NCBI GenBank assembly: GCA_000934665.2
Contig: KZ537998.1
Coordinates: 124,001 to 168,899 of the forward strand
Direction: 5' to 3'
Length of the DNA stretch: 44,899 nt
Origin: Catajapyx aquilonaris
Taxonomy: Eukaryota
Part shown: piece by piece, positions 35,301 through 44,899 of the stretch
Position numbering within the stretch: position 1 is the first letter of the stretch
How the letters are laid out: the number at the start of each line of letters is the position of its first letter
Translations under genes and position numbers: made by a program
Notes under the pieces: model-generated
The model's database searches: none
Told to the model about the DNA's origin: nothing
What the model saw: only the letters and a program-made list of their open reading frames with translations

Positions 35301-38300
35301 TAGACAAAGAGGCCTTTCCACTCTTCGTTTCTAGCTGCATCTATCCACCTGTATATATAGTATCTTCTTATACCTAGAGGGCCTTTGTTGCTCTGGCCTC
35401 TTCCCACTCAGCATCAAACTCAAACCAACAGATAAAACTTAAGCCCTTACCCCGTATGTGCTTTACTCGTGAAGAGCCCTATATACTGCACAGCAAATAG
35501 GGCAATACATAAGATATTCCAGATCCAAAAGTGAGCCAAGGGTTTACACACTACATGGCCCCTATTGGCCTTGCAGATGATAAACAGTGGCAGCCTAAAT
35601 AATAATAAAAAAAGAAAGGGGGAGGGGGGGGGGGGNGGAAGAAATGGGTCGCAAACGATACCGACAAAGTAGGCCGTTAATAACCGCGTCGCGTGGCTTG
35701 GACAACCTAGGCAATCTTCTCGGTTAAATTGGACGCCCTGTGAATGTGCGCTGCCGGAATTATTCCCTGTCCTTATTGCTCTCCGGATTAAAATGGGAAG
35801 GGAGGGGCTGGGTCGGGGGGTAAAGGTGGGGGAGGAGGGTGGAAAAGAGGTGGCACCCACTGGATTGCTGCATGTGTTTTCCTTTACTTCCCTATTACTT
35901 GCCTCCTTTACGCTCGCTTTCCTTGAAAAGTAGCTACCAGGGCCGAATTCCTGAAGGTATACTATATCCAGGAGGGGTTGGCGGGTGGGGTCGGGACGCT
36001 AATTTCTCCCTCACTCCCCGCTTTTTTTCTCGGCGTTCATTTCATTTGATATTACACCGGGAGCTGTGAAGTCGGCTGAAATTCCGAAAATGGATTCACT
36101 TTTATGCGCATTCACTTAACTGCAGCCATCTCAAATATTAAATTATTGGAAAACGTTATATGAATATGCGTTTCGTTGCTAACACGGATTCACCTTAGAA
36201 TGGCGACCACAAGTGAACGGCGTCTGCATCTGATAAGAGACCGTTCATCAAATATGGCGACTATAGGACCCTGCACGCTGTATGAAAGCAAATTAAGGGT
36301 AAATATTCGATTATGTATACGAATTCATTATGCATAATGTGGCATTTTCCGCTTATTTGGGTTCATACAACCGGCCCTTAATGTTTGACGCACGATTAAT
36401 CCACAGCAGAACAAAACTGACCATGTGAAAATCGCTTATACTGCGCGAAACAAACACTTAGTAGACACTAGACAGATGTCCATAACTGCTCGTTTCATAA
36501 TTATTTGTGGCGGGTACCGCCTGAATGTTAGAGCCCATTATTATTCTACATAATGGTGCACATTAGCTACATAAATTTAGTACCTGTACATTACACAACA
36601 ATATTATACCGATTATTTTACAGACGCAGGCGTTATTTGCAACCAGTTACTCATAAATTTATATTGCGAAGCTTGTTGTTTGGGCATAGGAATAGGGTTA
36701 GTTGTAACTCTAAATACTACATTTTTATTCTTCACGTTGTCCCTATATTAAAAGAATATAGGTACCGTATAACACAATGGAATTGCGGAAGGTAAGTTAA
36801 CTTACAAAATTTTGATAATTTTTGGCAAATTCTACAATTACTTTCATTCTGACTAATTTGATATATTACATAGGGTTGTGAAGGTATTTTGCGAGAAAAA
36901 AATACACGCGAAGAACATTTCTGGAAAATGCTGTTTTTGACTTATGCATATTTTTCTCGAGCTTTGCAGGAAAAATATGGTACTAGTTTTTTTTGGACAT
37001 ATACACGCACACGTATATAAACAGCCATAATTTTCTTTGTCATAATCCCAGAGGGTCGAGCGACCTCTGGTACCCACTTGGCATGGAATGACCCAGCTGT
37101 GTTTTACTGCCCTCAATGAATGTTTGAAAATAGCAGCTGATCCAATATTCCACTGCATCCAATATGCCTCAGAACCGCACTCAACTCTGTAAAGCCTGTC
37201 CATTCTTCCCCACACACAGCCCCCTAATAACGCCAACAATACTCCGCACCTGCAGATGCAATAACACAATATATCTCTCGCTCTTTCAGCAGCTTGCCTT
37301 ATTTACGCGGACGTACCATTAGCATCCAACAATAGACGAAGAGGTAACCCCTACCCGCAAGGAGACAATGAAGACAATGGAGGGCTCTGAGGCATCATGA
37401 GCAGAAGGAGCAACTAGAAGGATCTTAGAGAGTCAAAAGCAAAGCTGTGGGGAGGAAAGGACTATAATTATTTTCTATCGTCCCGACAGACAGAGCGTGT
37501 CGCCATCATTTAGCCGGCTGTTTACAGTAACGCGCGCCTGACAATGACCGCCAATAAATCAGCGCAGAGGCCAATTAGCAAGTCCAGAGGGTTTGTTTCG
37601 ATCGGTGACACTGGACCCGTTATGTGAAATATGTGGCCCATGCTGTCAGGGAAAAACGTTTTCATTCGGGGGTCCCCTTCACTACGCGTTTGTTTCCTTG
37701 CTCCATTCCGCAATGAAAAAGCTGGACTAACTGACTCTGTTTGTTATTGGGAAAACAGGCAGAAATCTATGTATTTATTTCGGTTAGTTGGCTAGGATGC
37801 CCCATCAGGCTGCTACCGTTATTTGGATTGGCTAGTTGCGAAAGGTGCAATGTGCGCGCGCAACCCAAAAAATCTAGCTGGGAAAATCTGCCGCCGACCA
37901 CTCTCCAAAGAGCAATATGTCTGCCCAGAGCGAGGTTCACAAGTAGACCCTGTACAGCGTGCAGAATGGGCCTCATAACATCTGAAAATGACGTGTAATA
38001 CATGCTTCAAACTTCATAACCAAGGAAAATCCAGCTGAACTTTCAGACTCATTAAATTACACCACCCGATACTGTACACCTGATCACATAATTTAAGTCA
38101 TGGTGAACCAGCAGCTAATCTAATATCCCAATACTGTAGCATGTTGTCCCTCATGCACTGTACGCTCCAAGCAAAGAGTTCGCGTGGAATAGATGGATTC
38201 AGCTCTAAACCCTGGAATAACCACATGTTTCTGAATATGACCCACTGTCAACAACAAAAAAAATGTATACTTTCAGAGTCAAATTTTTCTCTTCGTTTAG

Positions 38301-41300
38301 GAGTCCTGCGGTAGTGGTTATCATGCTGGATGAAATTTGTCCGAATCCTAGAAAAGACAAGGTCGGGCATACAAGAATACGCTTCGTTGCTCCAGAAGCC
38401 CAACATAACGACAACTGCTGGGGGGGAAGGGGAGAGGAAAAGGGGAAGTAGGGGAAGGGGATGGGGGGTAACCTGCATCCGGGTATTCCGCAGTTTGCCT
38501 GGATGTTTCCACCAGACAGGATACATTTCACAGGATCTACCCATACCATTTTAAACTCATCGCCGTCCATCCCCCCTCCTTTTCTCAGTTTATTGATTCC
38601 AAAAAATTGCATTGTGTGAACTAACATAAAGCGACTTCCGCCCTCCCTCGCAACATCAACCATTCATATGCGGGTACATATTGATTCATTTTTTTCATGT
38701 ATATACTCTACAGGTAATGGCACTTTGCGTGTGACTGTGCCGGCAAAGTCATCCGCACTGTATACTGTACGGGCAAAAGCGCCCACTCGCTAAACCCAGG
38801 CAGCCCACAGACACGTTTAAGTATTAATTGCTTTCCCTATACAGGGGAATTATTTCTGAATTAATTATGGGATGCTCGGTATATCACACGGTTTTGTAAG
38901 ACTGCTTCCGCAACTGTTTTGAAACTTTAACATAGGAATGACATAATCGGACGCGGTGTCCAAGATATGGTCAAATGTGTGGGACTATTTCAATGGCCAT
39001 TTAATGGTACGGATGGACTCTCCCCTGACTGCGGGGTAAAATCTATTGCGATTTGCCACCATTCCATTATGACATATTTGATAATAATTCATTACACGGC
39101 ACTATAGGGCACAAAATGCTGCACCAAGTAAATACGGTTCATGAAAAACTAATAACATTTACAAAGCTCCAACCTTTCAGATTTATACAACATAATTTGC
39201 AAAGGTTCTCACGTTATTATCCCCATTTTAATTCAGAAAATGTTGCAATCTCCGAAATATTCGTAAATCACTCTAATATTATAAGATAGCCCTGAGATAG
39301 CCTCTTCATACCGTACAGGAACCGTACGTTAACCATAGCATGTGAATTATTACACTTGTAGTTACAGTATATCCACATAGCTGAATCTCATATTATATCA
39401 GTATATTCAAAACATCACAAATGCTAAAATGTAGCATACAAGCAGTAGTCGGAAGTACCGTAATTCACCGAATCACTGAGCATATTTCAAATGTAAGCTA
39501 AAATTTTCTGCATTTCTTCCTTTCCTGCTGAATTCATTTCTCTCCCTCCCTCTCCAGACCTATAGTTTTCTAAAGCGCAAAAAAAGGCATCGAGCAGCAG
39601 CTCTAATAAATATTACACACAACAAAGCAGTGCTTGACACCCGTTATATTTCCAACAGTAAGGCCGCATGCATCGGATTATCCCTCATTAATTTTATTAC
39701 ACAACAAGTACGTGCCATTCCTCATTATCATTCAGCTCATGAGTCATGAAATCCAGGTCGCGTTCTTTCATCAGAGATGATTTCACCAAGCACCTCTTGA
39801 CGTCACGCTGGCAGTGACCTTTTGGGAAGTGGAAAGAATTCTTACACTCGGGTTTGTGACGTCTTCTTTTTCCTGGTTCACACGGACGGAGCGGAACGGA
39901 ACGTGGCGTTGCGGAATAGATTCGAGAGAAACCCCGACTTTACACAGCCACACACACACACACAAAAAAGAAGCTAGGGGTCTCCGAGTTGCTCCAGCGG
40001 TACAGACACCGAAGCGTAACCTAACGTCTGGAAACTTCTGGAGGAGCTTCCCCTCTTCAGAATACATCCTCCTCCACCTCCTCCGCAACTCTAACTTCGT
40101 ATGCATGGCGAATATTGACTTGTGCACGTGGAAATTTCCTCAGGTATAATAACCCTGGAGACACCACCATGAGAGACATTGTCTACAGAGGCGCTAGTGA
40201 TGGGGAAAGTTGCAGGATTTGAATATTAGTTGCGACGACAGTTTACGCGATATGTTGCTTTCCAGCTGTGGGCACATGCTGAGTTGGACAAGGTTTGTGA
40301 AGGTGTAGGGTGTACGGGTGCACGCGATTTCCCGTTTCTGCACCATTGCAAGGTCAGGATCTTAAGTTCCTTTACTAATAAGTAGGCTATAATGCAACAA
40401 AGTCATAAACCTCTTTGAACAGAAATAAGAGATGAGACTAACCTACCATTTGCCGTTGTTATTTTTTCATAGCTGGTTTTGAGCGTGGCCAGAATGCGCA
40501 TGGGTTGTCAAGCTTGGGCTACGCTTGAAAGCCGCTGCGCTGTTCATTGTGGCTAAACCCACACAAACCAGATATATTTTTGTAAATTGCCTTTTGGTAT
40601 ATAAAAAATGACAGGAAGTGTTCTGACTCATCCGGTGTAGCGTGTATTGTAAAATTAATATTTACCTTGAAAAGAGATTTAGTTAGTATTACAAAAAACC
40701 TTTCTGCATCAAGAATTATGTGATTCGCAGAATTTCACGAAGTGACATAAAGTCACACGCATGGGAGGCCTATATATCTGCATGAAAATACCCCATGGTT
40801 ACATCACTCTCAGTGACATACTGTACTGCACAGTGCATTACGTGTCCCCCCAAAAAGTGGCGGCAAACGTATCCTGGCACCATGCAACCATCAGCACTTC
40901 AGTTGTGTTTTTTCCACACATGTCACCTTGGGCTAATGGTGGCTGGAAATAATTGGCTGTACAGCTCCGCTGTACCTTTGACCGAACATTTTTTTGACAG
41001 ACGGTACAGTACCGGCACATAATATTAATATACTCCGCTGGTGCAGCTGAATGCAAGCCTCGAGGCACAAGGCCCATGTGTTAATTTGCTCTAGTATAGA
41101 CTACATTTAATTAATGCTAATGCTCTCTACGTATTATACGAATTGATAATTGTAAAACAACACATTATATTTGGAAAAAATTTATGACTCTCATTATATC
41201 CTGCTTATGCTATAAGGTCAAAGTTTGAATTTTGGACGCGGTGCATACAGTTCGACAGTTCTGTTGTTTCTTTTATTCATGCGCTCACCTAGGAAGCTTA

Positions 41301-41500
41301 CAGTTCCAGTCACTAGATATTTATAGAGTTAATATTCAAGGCGGAATGTTGAATTGGTTGAGCAAAACTGTTGCTTGAAAAGGTTCCAATAAGCGCCTGG
41401 AGAATACACCTCCCGCCAACAAATGTGTGACAAAGGTTATCTAACTTCCAGGATGAAAAGTTTTGGTTATACACTATTTTCTTTCTCTTCAATGCGAATA

Positions 41501-41802
41501 ATAAAATAATAATAATAATTCATACCCCGTTATCAGCCATCGGCTCTTTAGGGGGGAAGTTTGTTTTGTCTGGAACTCTTTGCTTTTCATTTTACTGCGC
41601 TTTATGGGATAGGATAGGGACGGAAGGAAGCGGCTGTGGCCTATTAATTACGGAAGCAACTCCGGAATTTTCCTGGAAGGACCGTGGGAAACCACAGAAA
41701 ACCACAGAAAACCACGGTCAGAGTTGCCGGCCCCGAGATTCGAACCCAGGACCTCCCGATTAGCAGTCGGACGCCTTATCCACTATGCCAACCTGCTTCG
41801 GT
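41501..41802 (-). mobile_element. tRNA-derived SINE, copy 3 (same subfamily as copy 1)
   Basis: Reverse complement begins ACCGAAGCAGGTTGGCATAGTGGATAAGG...GGTTCGAATC and is colinear with copy 1 through to a short ATT tail. 15-bp TSD TCTTCAATGCGAATA at 41486-41500 and 41803-41817. Internal 10-bp tandem duplication ACCACAGAAA at 41691-41710. Confidence 0.9.
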
Positions 41803-43205
41803 TCTTCAATGCGAATACTGTATAAACACGTCATCAGAGCTGCTCATGTATTCTGTAAATTATACACCATATTTTATTTCCTTCAAATGTTGCTGACCTC
41901 TAGGAAAAGGTCTGAATCCGACAGTTCAGCAAGATGTCTTTACTGATACCAGAAGATCATTACCTTCGGAGCATATACCAAAACACAAAATATAAAGTTG
42001 TACGTATTATCTGTCTCGAACGTTTCGGGCAAACATATATATCTTGACGTGATATACAACCATCACTCCATCAGTACAATAGCGTCATATTCCGATATCT
42101 CCCGGCATTCCAATAAACTCTCCATATTTCCGTGATCAGTCGTTTCCGCCAACCTTCTTACTCTCAGGGTAGCAACATCATGTTTCCATTGATTTTTACC
42201 TCAGTTATATTCACAAAAACGGAGATAAACCGCTTTTAACGTTTGGGTGGGCACACCCATGATAACATTTTCTCCGATACAACTGACACCAAATGGTGCT
42301 CAATAAATCCCCATGATAAACACCCACTCTTTTCCTCCCACATGCAGTCAAGAGCACCAAACAGCATACAATCTCTACAAGAACGTCATTCTTCAGAGAA
42401 CCTATTAATGTGTCGGTAAAGCGTCGATATAGCTTTAAAAAACTGAAAGTCAGCGGAGATCTGGTAATATTTCCAAGAGGGAGGAAGAGTATGCCTGCTG
42501 CATAGTGTGAATTATTGCAGAAGGTCATGGGATGAGGTATAAAAGCGGCCTAAAATTGCAGAGCTATGCAAAAAAAATTAGACATGGACTCCATCATACA
42601 ATATTAGCAAAAAGCTGAAAATTTATCATAATATGCATAGCTAAGCAAGCTTTGCCTTTCGGCTGCATACGCATATTATAAACATATCATAACATAATAG
42701 CATATTAGCATAATAAGAATATAGCAAATAACTATGAAAAATTCATGTCGCTGTCGTAATCTCAAACTCATCAACTTGCAATCCACGTCAAGGGATGTCA
42801 TCTCACATTACCCATAAAAACTCTCATGAGTGCGATTTTCCTACCATAACGTTTAACGTTTAATCTCCCAGAACACATTGCACAAATAGTACGGTTGGAG
42901 AAAAAAAATGCTGTCACCAAACAAGCCATCCCCATTTTTTACTCACAACTGTACGTGTACATTCAAAGCGTCTTGGACTGTCATAATATATATATTTTTA
43001 AAGCAATGCTTGTACAATACGCAATACTCTTTAGCTCATCCCTACATACACGCACCTTGGCCCCAATCTGAAGCCAAGAGGAACTTCCCCATTGACACGT
43101 TTGGCCCAGCTGGCACTTCGCCCACATATACGACTCCCTCTCACCTTCATGATTCATCAAGTCATGCTGCATTACAATTTGTTCACTTTTTTCCCACCAT
43201 TCCTC

Positions 43206-43259
<54 letters not shown>

Positions 43260-43287
43260 TACTACTACTACTAGCAGCAGCAGCAGC
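43206..43287. repeat. Compound microsatellite (TAT)n(TAC)n(AGC)n
   Basis: Directly visible run of ATT units switching to ACT and then AGC units. Confidence 0.95.
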
Positions 43288-43569
43288 GGAGCCCGTTCTT
43301 CGGGAGGCCTTTTTCCACATATTGCAAACCTCATTAATATTTACCTAATCGTCTTTCTTACTGCACCATTTCCACTGACAAATAAACTGCCTCTGGTGCA
43401 GTGACATGATGTAGTTTGATAATGATTCTATTTACAGTGTCGTTACTTGAGGGCATGATAAGTTACGCCAATATAATCAGGATTGATTTTTTCAGTGATA
43501 TTCCAGATGACATATTCAAAAGAAGTCATCCCACAGTGTAATGTTGTGCCTAAATATGTTTGAATTATA

Positions 43570-44010
43570 CAGCGTGTTCATGAACAACACCGACAAACCT
43601 ATACCACCCCCTACCTAGGCACCAGAGGATCACTTCATGTAGAGAAGTCATTATATCTAGAGCGCCTCCTTACTGAGATATTGACCCACCTGCTCTTCAG
43701 CGATTTTTGCCTAATCGCTCCTTCTGACTTTTAAATAGAATTTTCAGGTATAACTAGCCATAGAGGCCTTCCCACCTGTGGGCAAGAAACCAACAAAGTC
43801 CGGCCCCCAGACCTCCCAGAGCCTTCTGACTGGGGTAGAGTTCGTTGGGTGGCCTAACTTCCAGGATATTTTATACTATACCTGTTTGAAGGCAATTTGC
43901 GCGGTAATGATGAGGCGGCCCAGGAATAATCACTCATCTACATAATGTGATCGTCTGGTCCCTAGGTCGGGGGTGGTATAGGTTTGTCGGTGTTGTTCAT
44001 GAACACCCTG
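43570..44010. mobile_element. Non-autonomous Tc1/mariner-type element (MITE), 441 bp
   Basis: About 85-bp imperfect terminal inverted repeats, starting CAGCGTGTTCATGAACAACACCGACAAACC and ending GGTTTGTCGGTGTTGTTCATGAACACCCTG. Flanked by TA on both sides (43568-43569, 44011-44012). CAGGGTG termini are typical of mariner-like elements. No transposase ORF. Confidence 0.85.
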
Positions 44011-44899
44011 TAGTTCTCTTGTCAACCACTTTCATAACCCTCTTGCCGATTATTTCATTGTTGCATTATTACGCACACCGTCATCTGTTGGTCTTTAGTC
44101 ACGTTGTGATTCTTTTCTCTCTGTACCACATTTTCCGGCGGTATTGTGTGATCTCGCTGCCTGGCAATATTGTCTTGCTCCCTTTAGACCAGTGCTTCCC
44201 AATATTTCTCGTTGGTTACCCCCAAAAAATCGCAATGTGAAATTAGCGACCCCCCCAGATGTGCACATTTTGATTGCCCAACGTGAAAAGACAGAGCTAA
44301 ACAGTGAAATGAAAAGCATTTTAAACTATTGCAGCGTAGCTGAATAATTGTTCTGTAACTTACCTTATGATGGGCGCAATATTCAAGAGAGAAAGAATCA
44401 TTTCGTGAAAATAATATTTGTCACCCTCCCTCACAACCCCAAAATATTAAGTTTGGGAAGTTTGAGAGGGGGACGGGGGGTTGGAAGTGAGTGTAATGTT
44501 AGCCATCAGAACCTTTGATCAGAACGGGCTCTTGAGCAGCCCCAGTATGGTCAGTAAGACACGTCCCGCGGTTATTGTCAGTTATCTGTTTCCTGAATAG
44601 GTGAGCTAGGGTGACGTCACAAAATCAACAACAGGGCCGAAAATCGAACGTGTTTTGTGACCCGTCAATTCCCGTTTTCGCTGCCAGTTCCGCTGGATCT
44701 GTGCCATTCTTGACCTGGGGCACGACCACTGGGCACGACCTGGGGTCAAAGCCGTGCCTCAGGGTCGCCCATAGCAGGCTGGTACTGTACCAGAAGCAGG
44801 AACACAATGGGGAACTAGCCTTCATTTTGGAAACTACATAATAAATTCGCCCATATTTTTTGGATTTTTTTGGCATATTCCGTTTTAAGATATCAGTTC

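Noticed and set aside
44714..44746. Short direct repeat GGGCACGACC x2 as a CRISPR-like array
   Set aside because: Only two 10-bp units, no spacers, eukaryotic context.
25800..44899. Additional protein-coding exons in the distal 19 kb
   Set aside because: Only short ORFs without recognisable motifs or coding bias. Small exons of a long-intron gene cannot be excluded without RNA-seq.

Overview
Eukaryotic, most likely arthropod (insect-like) genomic DNA. It is gene-poor, with long introns, poly-G/C runs, microsatellites and small N gaps. One protein-coding gene is well supported: a + strand homolog of Drosophila unzipped (uzip), with two coding exons (16601-16876 and 22332-23420) encoding 454 aa. 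The protein has a signal peptide, DM9-like repeats, a beta-rich domain, a Thr-rich stalk and a GPI-type hydrophobic C-terminus. A candidate promoter and first non-coding exon lie about 13 kb upstream. Also present: three copies of a tRNA-derived SINE family (two with clean 14-15 bp target-site duplications, one a longer variant), a small palindromic element interrupted by one of those SINEs, and a TA-flanked Tc1/mariner-type MITE. The two most intriguing observations are (i) an intact tRNA-like cloverleaf at 8933-9012 with an 8-bp anticodon stem, a non-canonical loop and an encoded CCA, and (ii) the Uzip ectodomain reading like a membrane-tethered natterin (DM9 + aerolysin-fold) protein. Nearly all other ORFs in the supplied track look spurious. 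No prokaryote-type systems (CRISPR, operons) were seen.
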